Origin: Mobula hypostoma
Taxonomy: Eukaryota
Length of the DNA: 64,000 nt
Assembly: GCF_963921235.1 (NCBI RefSeq)
Contig: NC_086108.1
Span: 85,128,001-85,192,000 of the forward strand
Reading direction: 5' to 3'
Shown: positions 1 through 12,152 of the stretch, one piece after another
Layout: the number at the start of each line of letters is the position of its first letter
How positions within the stretch are numbered: position 1 is the first letter of the stretch
The notes under the pieces: generated by a model
What the model was told of the DNA's origin: nothing
Database searches by the model: none
The model's input: only the letters and a program-made list of their open reading frames with translations
Program-made: the position numbers and the translations under genes

Positions 1-1036
1 TGTCTGGTTAGCTGCCAATGACTAGTGATGTTCTATAGGAGTTGGTGTTGGGACCACTTCTTTTTCTGCTGTATTTAAATTGTTTAGATGATGAAATAGA
101 TGGTTTTGCTGCCAAGTTTGCAGATGATACAAAGATTGGTGGAGGGGCAGGTAGTGTTGAGGAAACATGTACAGTGCAGAAGGACTTAGACAGATTCAGA
201 GAATGGGCAAGAAAGTGGCAATGAAATATAATGTTGCAAAATGTATGGCCATGCAGTGTGGTAGTAGAAATAAATGTGCGGGCTATTTTCTAAATGGGGA
301 GAAAATCCAAAAATCTGAGATGGGAGTCCTTGTGCAGAAAACCCTAAAAGTTAACAGCAGGTTGAGTCAATGGTGAGGAAGGCAAATGCAATGTTAGGTT
401 TCATTTCAAGAGGTCTAGAATACAAGAGCAGGGATGTGATGCTGAGGCTTTATAAGGCACTTGTGAGGCATCACCTTGAGTATTGTGTACAGTTTTGGGT
501 TCCTTATCTTAGAAGAGATGTGCTGGCATTGGAGAGGGTCCAGTGGAGGTTCACAAGGATGATTCTAGGAATGAAAGGGTTACTATATGAGGAATGTTTG
601 ATAGCTCTGGTTCTATACTTGCTGGAACTTAGAAGGATGAGGGGGGATCTCATTGAAACCTCTCTAATGTTGAAAGGACTAGACAGAGTAGATGTGAAAG
701 GATGTTTCCCATGGTGGGAGAGTCCAGGACAAGAAGGCACAGCCTCAGGATAGAGGGGCACCCTTTCAAAACAGAGATGCAGAAAAATTTCTTTTGCCAA
801 AGGGTGGTGAATTTGTGGAATTTCTTGCCACATGCAGCTGTGGAGGCCAGGTCGTTGGGTGTATTTAAGGCAGAGATTGATAAGTTCTTGATTGGACATG
901 GCATCAAAGGTTACGGGGAGAAGGCCGGGAAATGGAGTTGAGGAGGGAAAAAAAAGGATCAGCCATAATTAAATGGTGGAGCAGACTCAATGGGCCAAAT
1001 GGCTTAATTCTGCTCCTACGCCATATGGTCTTATGA
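1..1036 (+). mobile_element. CR1 LINE 3' fragment (RT C-terminus and 3' UTR), frameshifted
   Basis: ORFs give VLGPLLFLLY..KFADDTKIGG, LYKALVRHHLEYCVQFW and FFCQRVVNLWN; tail ends TATGGTCTTATG. Confidence 0.9.
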
Positions 1037-2170
1037 TATTGTCTACTTGACTTTAGTAAGGTCTTTGACTAGGTCCCACATGGCAGACCGATCTGGTTAG
1101 GTTACACAGGATTTAGGGTGGATTCAGAATTGGCTTGATGATAGGAAAGAGAGGGTAATGGTTAAAGGTCAATTCTCTGACTGGAGGCCTGTGGCTAGTG
1201 GGATGCCCCAGAGGTCAATGCTGGGATCTCTGTATATGAATGCTTTGGATGTGAATGTACATGGAGAAATTGCAAATTTGCTGGTGATTCTAAATTAGGG
1301 AGTCTCAGTGAAAGTGAATCCAGTTGCAATGAATTAAAAAAGATCTCTTGATCAGTTAGGTGGATGGGCTGAGGAATGGGAAATGGATTTCAACTTCGAT
1401 CAGTGTCAGGTGACACCTTTTGTATAGTCAAACCAGGGTAGGAATTAAATAGTAAATGGCAAGACACTGTTGTGGAACAGAGGGACCTGGGAATACAAGC
1501 ACACATTTCACTGAAAGTGGTTGTGGAAGTAGACAGGATGGTGAAGAAGGTATTTAGCATATTGTCCATCGTCAGTCAAGGCATTGAGTTTATGAGAAGG
1601 GACACGTTTCAGATATAAAAGTCATGGGTGAGATCACATTTGGAATATTGTGTTGAAATTTGGTCAGCCTGTTCCAGGATTGATATTGTCAGGTTGGCAA
1701 GGCTGTCGAAGATATTTTCAAGGTTGGTGCCCTGACTAGATTATATGAGTTAAAGGGAGAGGTTGGCCATGCTAGATTCTTATTCCTTGGAGTATAGGAG
1801 AAGTGTGGGTGATGTCATTGAAATTTACATAATCATGAAGGATATGGATGAGATGGTTCAAAATCTTTCACCCAGTGTTGGTGAGTCCAAAATTAGAGGC
1901 GCAAATACAAGATTAGTGGGAAATGATTTAAAAGAAACCAGAGAATTAACTTCTTCACACAAAAGGTAGTAAGTACCTGGAATAAACAACCAAACGAAGT
2001 GGTTGATTGCAACCTTTAAAAGGTATTTAGATAGGTATATGGAGGGGAGGGGCTTGTAAGGACATGGGCTGAAGTTAGTCAGCTGGAACTAACAGAGAGG
2101 ATGCTATGGTTGACATGGTCCAGTTGGGCTGAAGGGCCTTTTGCTATGCTGTATTTCTCTATAACTCTAA
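1037..2170 (+). mobile_element. Older CR1 LINE fragment (RT to 3' end)
   Basis: YLDFSKVFD.VPH-like at ~1043; GMPQRSMLG; YSLEYRR..GDVIEIY; degenerate 3' tail. Confidence 0.85.
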
Positions 2171-2449
2171 TTCTTCCTTCTGTGATTGCTACCATTTTGT
2201 TTGGTTATCTGTTAGAAATCAAGTCTGGGGTTAATTTAACCTATAAAAATGGAAGAGTTCAAAGACTGTTTCTATGGGCACTAAGTTCAGCCTGAAAACA
2301 GCTGATTGTCCTTTTCTCTACTCAGCAAATTGCTAAGCCCAAGTCCACTGTGATATTATATGCTTAATTCACCTTTCCATAATGACCATCCAATCATTTA
2401 TCCTATCAAGGCTTTTCTCCAATGGCTAACATCAATGTCTGCGTTAAAT

Positions 2450-2836
2450 GAAAGAAGGTTTAAAAGCCTCAGGAATTGCACCACCATGTTCAGGAGCAGT
2501 TGCTACCCCTTAGCCATTGGGCTCGTGAAGCAAAGGGGAAACTTCACTCAACTTCACTTGCCTCATTGTTGAAATGTTCCCACAACCAATGGACTCACTT
2601 TCAAGGAGATCTCATCTCATTTCTCCAATATTTATTGCTTATTTATTATTATTATTATTTCTTATTTTTGTTGTTTTCTGCAGTCTTGCTGAACGCCTCA
2701 TTTGGGTGGTCTTTCATTAATTCTGTTATGGTTATTCTATATATTTATAGAGAATGCCCACAAGAACATGAATCTCAAGGGGGACACTGAGACATATATG
2801 TACTTTGATAATAAAATTTATTTTGAACTTTGAACA
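2450..2836 (+). mobile_element. Rex1/Babar LINE 3' end
   Basis: RRFKSLRNCTTMFRSSCYP C-terminus; tail ATAATAAAATTTATTTTGAACTTTGAAC shared with other copies in the window. Confidence 0.75.
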
Positions 2837-3404
2837 TTAATGCCATTCATCCAAAATTAACAGAGCTATTCATAACATATGAATGACCCTGGCAAGCCTA
2901 GCACTTGTTGTCATAGTCAATGCCGAAGTCTGGTTTATTGTCATATGCAAGTACATACAGTATATGAACAGCTGCAATTAAAAATTTACTTGCAGCAGGA
3001 TCATGGATGAATAGCATCATATAAGCAGAATTCACAAGAAAACATGAATTAAATTGTACACAATGTTACACGGAAAGAATGCAAATAGAACAAAAACAGC
3101 AAATGTCTACAAGGCGTTTATTATGCAGAAGTAAAAAGGCAAACTGTTGTTAATGAGGTGCATTAAATTTCTTCCCTTTATCAGAAACCAGTTTATTTTC
3201 GCTGACATTTGTTGTGAAACTTGTTGTCCTGAAGCAGTACTGTGTAAGATATAAAAATAACTCTAAGTAACAAAAGTAAGTAAATCATACAAAAAAGGAA
3301 TAATGAGAACAATGCATTCACATACTTCCTGGTGCTTGCCCCAGTAAACCTATGGATTTGTTCTTACTTCAACATATTACTCTTCACACCAATTTACTTT
3401 TTAA

Positions 3405-3650
3405 GAGCATAAGACGTAGAAGCAGAAATTAGGCCCATTGAGTCTGCTTCGCCATTCCATTTTATTATTCCTTTCAAACCCATTCTCCTGCCTTCTCCCT
3501 GTAACCTTTGAAGTCCTATAATCAATAACCTATTAACCTTTGCTTTAAATATACAGTACCCATTGGCTTGGCCTCCACAGCCACCTGGCAATAAATTCCA
3601 CAGGTTCACCACCGTTTGGCTACAGAAATTCCTCCTCTTCAGTTCTAAAA
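3405..3650 (-). mobile_element. CR1 3' end
   Basis: VVNLWNLLP..IFKAKVNRLL on minus strand; similar to 800-1030. Confidence 0.85.
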
Positions 3651-4260
3651 ATTGGGGTGGGCATTAAATCACCTTGCAACTAGCAGCTGTACAGGAGGAG
3701 GCACAGGAGATTAATGGAATCTCTGTACACTTGGTCTTTGGAGATGAGGGTCTCCCAGGCCACTAAGTCAAACTGAAATATTAAACCACCATATGGCATA
3801 CAACGTTCCCTCATATCGACAGAACCACCAGGGAGTGAAACATCATCTTGTGCATAATGACAAGTTCAAACATCCTTAATTTGAGATTTCTCGTGTTATC
3901 TCCCACGAGACTTTCAATTGTTCTCCAAAATACTGCTATCACCAGCAACAACTCACATAGGAGGAAGAAAACATGCATTTATGTAGTGTCTTTTGTAACC
4001 TCTGTCATCTGAAAGTGAACTGAAATAATTTAGAAGTGTGCTTCTGCTGCTTTAAAACATATCAGTGAAATTGCACACAGCTCAAAATCAAAATCATAAA
4101 AGTGACCAGATAATTTATTTAAATTAGTGGTCGCCAACCTGTCGATCACGATCGACCGGTCGATATTTGAGACTTTCCCAGTAGATCCTGAAAAAAACCA
4201 AAAATAAATACACAAACACTGTTGTAATGTGAGCATTATAAAAATAAGTAATACTAATTT

Positions 4261-4468
4261 GGCCCTGATCAGAGGCGACGCAATTGATTGCAACGGCAAT
4301 CACCTCTGATCTGGACCGACATTTACGTGCCGGGCGGCACCTAGTTAATTAGCTTGTTTATTTCAGCTTTTTTCTTAAAGAAGTGCTGGGTGCATCCTGA
4401 CTACCGCTGCACCACTGCATTCTTCGTGGCAATGTATTGGTCCGCGGCCCGGAGGTTGGGAACCACTG
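4261..4468. mobile_element. Partial fold-back hAT-type MITE inside the hAT 5' region
   Basis: Ends in GGAGGTTGGGAACCACTG (hAT-like TIR); matches 23991-24181. Confidence 0.75.
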
Positions 4469-4501
4469 ATATACTGCACTCGCTTGTGATATCCTGATAG
4501 C

Positions 4502-5461
4502 ATGGTGGAGGTTCCACGAAAGAAGACGAAAACGTACAAATTCCATCCAGAATGGGAAGAAGAATTTCAATTTACCTTGGTGAAAGACAAGTGTGTATGT
4601 ATGTTGTGCCACCAAACACAAGCACTGACTAAAAGAGGGAATCTGGAGCGGCACCACAACACCAACCACCAGAAAGACACCTACCCCCCAAAGAGCGCAA
4701 TTCATGCCAGGGAAGTTGAGGAGCTGAAATCGGGGTTGAAGGCCCAGCAATCGTTTTTCACAAAACATGCTGCTCAAAATAAGGCTGCTATTGAAGCATC
4801 ATTTCGTGTAAGTCACCTTTTGGCTAAACACAAGAAGCCTTTTACAGATGGCGATTTATTCAAGGAAGCAATGGCCATTACCACAGAGACTGTTTTTAAT
4901 GACATTAAAAACAAAAACGGCGTCACAACCGCAACACGTAATGTACTGCTTGGCCCTGCAACAGTGACAAAGAGGGTAGAGTCACTGTCAGAGGACGTGA
5001 ATATTTTTCACTACAGTTCGATGAATCCCTGGATGTAATGCAAACAGCTCAGCTTGTTGTATTTGTCAGAATGGCTTTCCAGGATTTTACAACAAAGGAT
5101 GAATTTCCTCACTCTTTTGCAATTAAAGGAGAGAACGAGAGGTGAGGATATTTACAATGAGTTTAAAAAATATGTCCGTGAAAATGACATCCTCATTCAT
5201 AAACTGGTGGCAATTACTACTGATGGGGCCCCAGCAATGTGCGGTGTACGCATTGGTTTGATAGCACTAAAAGTTAGTGCCTACTTCGGGTCAACTTATC
5301 TATGTGAAATTGCATTTTCACAGATGAAAATTATTAAATCTAAGTACAGGAGCCGTCTTACTGACAGACACCTCATAGACTGTCTCAGACTGGCTGTCTG
5401 TAGTTATGAGCCAAATTTCAGGGAACTAACAGAAAGTATTCAGCCCCAGTCGTCACACTGA
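4502..5461 (+). pseudogene. Disrupted hAT transposase (GTF2IRD2/SPIN/ZBED-like)
   Basis: Zn finger CVCMLC..NLERHH; TTDGAPAM catalytic motif; hATC FGSTYLCEIAFSQMKIIKSKYRSRL; frameshifts and a large internal deletion. Confidence 0.88.
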
Positions 5462-6261
5462 GTGCAAGAGTCAATTTTTATTCATTTATTTTTCGTGTTG
5501 AAATAAAATTAAATAATGAAACTTAGAACTAAAGATGTGAAGTATTGTAATATTCTTAAAGAAAGACAGCTATGGCCTGTTTGATATGTTAGTTACAGTG
5601 TTTTCTTGTTTGAATTAATTTGAAAGTTTGACGAAAGTATTTCGTGTAATTCAAATACAATTAGCCCAAGTAAAAGGCCTCAAACTGGAAGTACAATCTG
5701 AACTGTTTTTTCTCTGAGCGATTTAGTAGGTAGATCTTGCCTTTCACTGAGGTCGAGGTAGGGGATCTTGGGCTTAAAAAAGGTTGGTGACCACTAATCT
5801 AAATGATGTTGGTTGAAAGATTAACAGAATCCTGGAAGACCATTCAAGTTAATTCCAGCTTTCTATAAAATCAATTAGCAGGACTTTGCAATTTTTAATC
5901 TTTCACAAATTGCGTATTTTCCTTCCTTTCAAATTCTGGTAAAGGGTCTTTCATTTGAAACATTCACTTTGTTTCTCCTTCCACAGATGCTGTCTGACCT
6001 TTTGAGTGTTTCCAACATTTTCAGTATTCTTTTCTTTCAGATTCCCATCATTTGAGGCTTTTTGGAGACTTGCCCATTTCAAAGCCAAGTTCAATGAGTC
6101 TCAATTGCCATCAACAATGTATTCAAAAACCGAAGACTAAGACATAAAATAAACACTTCCTTACATTATTTTGAATTATTTTGTTGATCACTTTAGAAGT
6201 AGGTCCTCTTCATCTCAATTCTTCCACTAATGGGAATAGTTTATCTTTATTCTATCAATTT

Positions 6262-6312
6262 CATCGTGCCGGACGTCGGCCCCCTAGGCCTGAGTTGATG
6301 TGGTAGTAGTAG
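6262..6312 (+). mobile_element. 51-bp retroposon tail (probably RTE-type) ending in (TAG)n
   Basis: 9-bp TSD TATCAATTT at 6253-6261 and 6313-6321; CpG-rich; (TAG)3 end. Confidence 0.65.
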
Positions 6313-6748
6313 TATCAATTTTTAAACACCTTTCAAATCTCTCTGCTTTTGAGACAAAATCCTAGCTTTACCAGTCATTCCCCATAATGCAAGATTCTCA
6401 TTCTTGTAAACTTCTTTGCACCTTCTCCAGGACACCAGGGTAATTTCCCAACTTTTCTTCAAAATGATGTATCAAGCATTACTGATAGGTTCTTGCTTAG
6501 TAAGATTGTCAAAGCTTATGGAGAATATGTTAGGATAATAAATCAGTTATGATTGAATGGTGGAGCAGACTTGGTGGATCAGGTGACCTAGTTATGCTCC
6601 AATGCCTTATGGTCTTCTGCTCTTAATAGAATGAAAAGTGGTCTTATTGTGACACACAGGATTCTGAAAAGAAGTGAAGTTAGATATTGAGTGAATGCTT
6701 CTTTTGTGGTCAGTTTGAGAATTAGGAAACGTTGTCTCTGGGTAAATA

Positions 6749-6947
6749 TCACAAACAAGAGAAAATCTGCAATCTGTGACCTAACACATCGTATTTCTCT
6801 CTCTCTCCCTTCCCCCGCCCTTTAAATCTACTCTTCAGCTTATTTTTCTCCAGTCTGCTGAAGGGTTTTGGCCTGATACGTCGACTGTACTTTTTTCCAT
6901 AGACGCTGCCTGGCCTGCTGAGTTCCTCCAGCATTTTGTGTGTGTTG
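6749..6947 (+). mobile_element. Penelope-like pseudo-LTR fragment with inverted 5' piece and degenerate hammerhead
   Basis: 13-bp direct repeat CTCTGGGTAAATA at 6736-6748 and 6948-6960; CTGCTGAAGGG..GATACGTCGACTG. Confidence 0.75.
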
Positions 6948-6984
6948 CTCTGGGTAAATAGTAAGTCGTTTATAACTGGGAAGT

Positions 6985-8110
6985 GGAATCAGAATCCGGT
7001 TTAATATCACCGGTATGTGTCATGAAATTTGTTGTTCTGTGCCAGCAGTACATTGCAATATATAACAATAAAAACTGTAAATTATGGTAAGAAAATATAT
7101 AGATAAAAGTTAAATTAAGTAAGTGGTTCAAAAAGAGCAAAAAAAATAGTGAGGTAGTGTTCATGGGTTAGATGTCCATTCAGAAATCTGATGGCAGAGG
7201 GGAAGAAGCTGTTTCTGAACTGATGAGTGTGTGCCTTCAAGCTCCTGTACTTCCACCCTGATGGTAGCGATGAGGAGAGGGCATGTCCTGGGTGATGGGG
7301 GTCCTAAATGATGGATGTCACCTTTTTGAAGCATCACTGTTTGAAGATGTCCTGGACTCTGGGGAGGCTACTGTCTTTGATGGAGCTGACTGATTTTACA
7401 ACTCTGTGCAGCTTATTTTGATCCTATGCAGTGTCCCACCACCCCCACACATCGGACAGTGATGCAGCCAGTTAGAATGCTCTCACGGTACACCTGTAGA
7501 AATTTGCAAGTTCCTTTGGTGACATACCGAACGTCCTCAAACTCCTAATGAAATACACCTACTGTCATCCCTCCTCAGTAACTGGACCCAGGACAGATCC
7601 TCAGAGATGATAACATGCAGGAACTTGAAATTTCTCACTCTTTCCACTTCTAATCCCTCTATTAGGACAGGTGTGTGTCCCCTTTCTGAAATCCACAATC
7701 AATACTTTGCTGTTTCTGACACTGAGTACAAGACTAGCTCTGTGACACCACTCAACTACCTGATATATCTCGCTCCTGTATGCCTTCTCATCACCATCAG
7801 AAATACTGTCAACTATAGTTGTGTTGTCAGCAAGTTTATAGGATAGCATTTGAGCTGTGCCTAGCCATACAGTCATGGCTATAGAGGGAGTAGAGTAGTG
7901 GGCTAAGTACGCACCCTTGAGGTGCATCAGTGTTGATTATCACGAAGTGGAGATGTTATTTCCAATCTGCACAGACTGTGGTTTTCCGGGAGGAAGTCGA
8001 GGATTCATTTGCAGGGGGAGGTACAGAAGGCCAGGTTTTGGAGTTTTTTGATCAGACCTGTCGGAATGATTGTGTCAACACTGAGCAGTAGTCAATAAAC
8101 AGCGGGAAAA
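6985..8110 (-). mobile_element. Rex1/Babar LINE 3' portion
   Basis: [26 protein letters not shown] motifs; (ATTCTG)-type tail at ~6987-6996. Confidence 0.88.
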
Positions 8111-8175
8111 TGTCAAAGTCAAAGAGGAGTTTATTGTCATAGGCACAAGTAGATGTTTGCACAGGTGCAATGAAA

Positions 8176-9771
8176 TGCCTATAAAAGTATTCACTCCCTT
8201 GAATGTTTTCATGTTTTATTGGTTTACAACATTGAATCAAAGTGGATTTAATTTGGTTTTTTTCGACACTGATTGACAGAAAAAGACTCTCGTGTCAAAG
8301 TGAAAACAGATCTCTGCAAAGTAATTTAAATTAATTACAAATATAAAACACAAAATAATTGATTGCTTAAGTATTCACTCTCTTCAAGTCAGTATTCAGT
8401 AGATATACCTTTGGCTACAATTACATCCTTGAGTCTGTGTGGATAGGTCTCTATCAACTTTGCACATCTGAACACTACATTTTTTTCTGCATTCTTCATG
8501 ACAAAACTGCTCAAGCTCTGTCAGATTGCATGGGGATTGTGAGTGAACAGCCCTTTTCAAGTTCAGCCACAAATTCTCAATTGGATTGAGAACTGGACTT
8601 TGACTTGGCCACTCCAGGATTTTGACTTTGTTGTTTTTAAACCATTCCTGTGTAGCTTTGGCTTTATGCTTGGGATCATTGTCTTGCTGGAAAAGAAGTC
8701 TCCCTAGTCAGAGTTCTCTTGCAGACTGCATCAGGTTTTCCCTCCAGGATTTCCCTGTATTTTGCTGCACTCATTTCTACCTTCACAAGCCTTCTAGGGT
8801 CTGCTGCAGTGAAGCATCCCCACAGCATGATGCAACCACTACCGTGCTTCATGGTAGTGATGGTTTGTTTTTAATGGTGTGCAGTGTTTGGCTTGCACCA
8901 TACATAGCATTTAGTCTGATGGCCAAAAACATCAACTTTGGTTTCATCGGACCATAGAACCTTCTTCCAGCTGACGTCAGCGTCTCCCACATGCCTTCTG
9001 GCAAACTCTAGCTGAGATTTCATGCATTTTTTTTTTCAACAGTGGCTTTCTCTTTGCCAGTCTCCCATAAAGCTGCGACTGGTGAAGCCTCTGGGCAACA
9101 GTTGTTGTATGTGCAGTCTCTCCCATCTCAGCCACTGAAGTTTATAACTCCTCCAGAGTTGTCATAGGTCTCTTGGTGGCCTCCCTCAGTTGTCCCCTTC
9201 TTGCAAGTTCACTCAGTTTTTGAGGACAGCCTGCTCTGGACAGATTTACAGTTGTGCCATATTCTTTCCATTTCTTGATGATTGATTTAACTGTACTCCA
9301 AGGGATATTCAGTGACTTGGGAATTTTCTTGTATTCGTCTCCAAACTTGTGCTTTTCAATAACCATTTTGTGGAGTTGCTTGGAGTGTTCTTTTGTCTTC
9401 ATAGGGTAGCTTTTGCCAGGATACCGACTTGCCAGCAGTTGGACCTTCTAGATACATCTGTATTTTTATAACAATTGCTTGATACACCTTGACTACAGCC
9501 AGTGGTCTCCATTTAACTAATTATGTGACTTCGAATACCAATCGGCTGCAGCAGTGATGATTTGGTGCGTCATATTATAGGGGTGAATACCTATGCAATC
9601 AATTATTTTGTGTTTTATATTTGCATTTAATTTAGATCACTTTGTGGAGATTTGTTTTCACTTTGACATGAAAGAGTCAAAAAAAGCCAAATTAAATACA
9701 CTGTGATTCAGTGTTGTAAAACAATAAAACATAAAAGCTTCCGGGGGGCGGAATACTTTTTATTGGCACTG
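8176..9771 (-). mobile_element. Tc1/mariner DNA transposon with long IR/DR-type TIRs (Passport-like)
   Basis: ~200-bp inverted repeats (8176-8385 / 9581-9771), each with two AGTATTC-type direct repeats; right end GGCACTG|TA; left tip lost. Confidence 0.92.
8390..9402 (-). pseudogene. Decayed Tc1 transposase
   Basis: MKTKEHSKQL..KKIPKSLNIPWSTVKSIIKKWKEYGTT paired-like domain; downstream [20 protein letters not shown] and [16 protein letters not shown]; stops and frameshifts. Confidence 0.9.
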
Positions 9772-9852
9772 TACCTTCAGCAGCATTATAGAATTCACAA
9801 GAAAAACATAAATTAAATACAGTTTTCACAAGGTGATCAAAGTGGTGATAGT

Positions 9853-10359
9853 AGATTATTAGATTAGATTATGAGGACACGTAGTCCTCTTTTATTGTCA
9901 TTTAGTAATGTATGCATTAAGAAATGATACAATGTTCCTGCAGTATGATATCACAGAAACACAAGATGGACCAAGACTGAAAAACTGACAAAAACCACAT
10001 AATTATAACATATAGTTACAACAGTGCAAAGCAATACCGTAATTTGATAAAGAACAGGTAAAAAAAAGTCTCAAAGTCTCTCGAAAGTCCCATCATCTCA
10101 CGCAGACGGTAGAAGGAAGAAAAACTCACCCTGCCATGAACCTCCAGCGCCGCAAACTTGCCGATGCAGCACTCTGGAAGCACCCAACCACAGCTGACTC
10201 TGAGTCCGTCCGAAAAGTTCGAGCCTCCGACCAGCCCTCCGACACCGAGCGCCGAGCACCATCTCCGCCGAGCGCTTCAACCCTGGTCCCGGCCGCCGAG
10301 CAACAAGCAAAGCTGAGGATTTGGGGCCTTCTCCTCCGGAGATTCTCGATTGCACAGTA
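9853..10359 (-). mobile_element. Younger retroelement 3' UTR with GC/CpG-rich segment, family uncertain
   Basis: Short (TAATC)-type tandem tail at 9853-9871 with AATAAA; interrupts a Rex1 3' UTR. Confidence 0.55.
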
Positions 10360-11234
10360 TTGCTAAAGTGTACTGATAAGGGTTTTGCCGATGGTTCAAG
10401 AACTGAATGTTTGAAGGGATGTAATGGTTCTTTGACCTAGCAGTGCAGGACTTCTGCCTTCTGTAAGTCCTGCTCTATTGCAGCTTTGAAAAGATGGCAT
10501 GGTCCGGATTGTGCAGATCTTTGATGATCGATATTGCCTTCTTGAGCTAGTACCTCATTTAGATACTAACAATGGTGGAGTCGATGTGCCTGTGATCTAT
10601 TGGGTTGAGTCACTCCTCTCTGCAGCTCCTTACATTCCTGCACACTTGAATTAGCGTATCAGATTATTATGCAAGCAGTCAGGTTATTTTTAATGCTAGA
10701 TCTGAAAAGTTTGTTAATCTGTTTGGTGACAAGCCAAACCTCCTTAACCTCCCAAAAAAGTAAAGGTGCTGTTGCACCTTTCTTGTGGTTGCATCTGTGT
10801 GCTGGGCACAGAACAGGTTGTCTGATATGTTAACACCCAGGGATTTAAAGCTCCAATTCCCCAATGCAGACTGGTGCATGTTTACTATCCTTCTGTTCTT
10901 GAAGTCAATAACCTGCTCTTCAGTTTTCCTGGCATTGAGCGAGAGGTTGTTGTTACAGCACCACTCAACCAGGTGTCCTATCCCGCACTGGTAAGCTGAC
11001 CCACAGCCACCTGTGATTCATGTAACAACAGTTGTGTTGGCGTAGTCTGAAGATGGCATTGGAATTGTGTTTAGCCACACACAAAGTCATGCCTGTGGAG
11101 CGAGTAGAGCAGGGGCTAAGCACGCAGCACTGACGTGTACCGTTGTTGGTGATCAGAGAGTAGGAGATGTTGTTACCAATCCTCACTGATTGAGGTCTGC
11201 TGATGAGGCAGCCAAGTATCCTGTTGCAGAGTTG

Positions 11235-11435
11235 AATACTGCTATGAGCTATCTTTTAAGTTCACTTAGGTGTTCAGATGTGGGTTTGATTTAAAACATG
11301 ATGTGAGAGATGACAATTCCAAGAGTGTGATACTTCAAGACTACAATAAAGTTTTGGTTTAGATTTTGTGCTTAAGTCTAACATAGGACTTAATTGACAT
11401 TACTTGACTTGGGTTATAGTGCCACTAACTGAGGC
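11235..11435 (-). repeat. Old Deu-SINE-like 5' half
   Basis: TAGATTTTGTGCTTAAGTCT..GGACTT..AGTGCCACTAACTGAGGC resembles the reverse complement of a tRNA-derived head plus Deu domain. Confidence 0.55.
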
Positions 11436-11677
11436 AGGATTAAATTTTAAAGAAATAATTAGTTGGTGATATTACATCATGATATTATTGCCCCAAATTT
11501 ATTTCTTTGAAAACATATAACAATTATATTTGGAGGGAGCAAACACATTCTATCTATTCACACTTATGCCAGCAGAACGACGACATGAACAGTTTTTAAT
11601 TGTTCATGCTACATGTTACTTTAATTATAATTTAAAACTGCAAGAGAATCAAGGAAAACACCAATTCTAACCAGTCA

Positions 11678-12152
11678 GTCCATGGCCTCCTCTACTGCAG
11701 TGATGAGGCCACACTCAGGTTGGAGGATCAACATTTTATATTCTGTCTGGGTAGCATGACATCGAATATGTGAATAATTACACCCCCCTGACTCTCTTTC
11801 ACCATTCCCCATTCCCATTTCCCTCTCTTGTCTTATCTGCTTATCTGATCAACACCTCCCTCTGGTGCTCCTCCCCCTTTCCTTTCTTCCATGGCCTTCT
11901 GTCCTCTCCTATCAAACTCCCCCTCCTCCAGCCCTTTATTTCTTCCACCAATCAACTTCCCAGCTCTTTACTTCACACCCTGCCCCTCTCCTGATTTCAC
12001 CTTCCTCCCCCCATCCCCGCCTTCTTACTCTGACTTCTCATCCTTTTTTGCAGTCCTGATGAAGGGTCTTGGCTTGAAACTTAAACTGTTCACTCTTTTC
12101 CGTAGAGGCTGCCCGGCCTGCTGAATTCCTCCAGCATTTTAAGTGTACTGCT
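11678..12152 (+). mobile_element. Penelope-like element 3' end with hammerhead-like motif (12051-12088)
   Basis: EATLRLEDQHFIFCLGS C-terminus; pyrimidine-rich UTR; CAGTCCTGATGAAGGGTCTTGGCTTGAAAC. Confidence 0.85.

Larger units (their letters stand above)
4125..5796 (+). mobile_element. hAT DNA transposon (Charlie/Buster group), internally deleted
   Basis: 16-bp TIRs TAGTGGTCGCCAACCT / AGGTTGGTGACCACTA (15/16 match); 8-bp TSD ATTTAAAT (4117-4124) / ATCTAAAT (5797-5804). Confidence 0.93.
3960..5850 (-). repeat. Old Deu-SINE-like (SacSINE1-type) 3' half split by the hAT insertion (3960-4116 plus 5805-5850)
   Basis: GCATTTATGTAGTGTCTTT..GTGACCAGATAAT / GATGTTGGTTGAAAGAT resembles the reverse complement of the SINE tail at 45720-45845. 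Confidence 0.5.
8112..11232 (-). mobile_element. Rex1/Babar LINE fragment interrupted by Tc1 (8176-9771) and another retroelement tail (9853-10359)
   Basis: Minus-strand ORFs FKSLGVNISDNL..QHLYFFGRLRRFG and ITNNGTRQCCVLSP; 3' UTR pieces at 8112-8175 and 9774-9852. Confidence 0.75.

Noticed and set aside
10098..10366. GC-rich segment as a CpG-island promoter or gene
   Set aside because: Short and embedded in a retroelement tail nested in Rex1.
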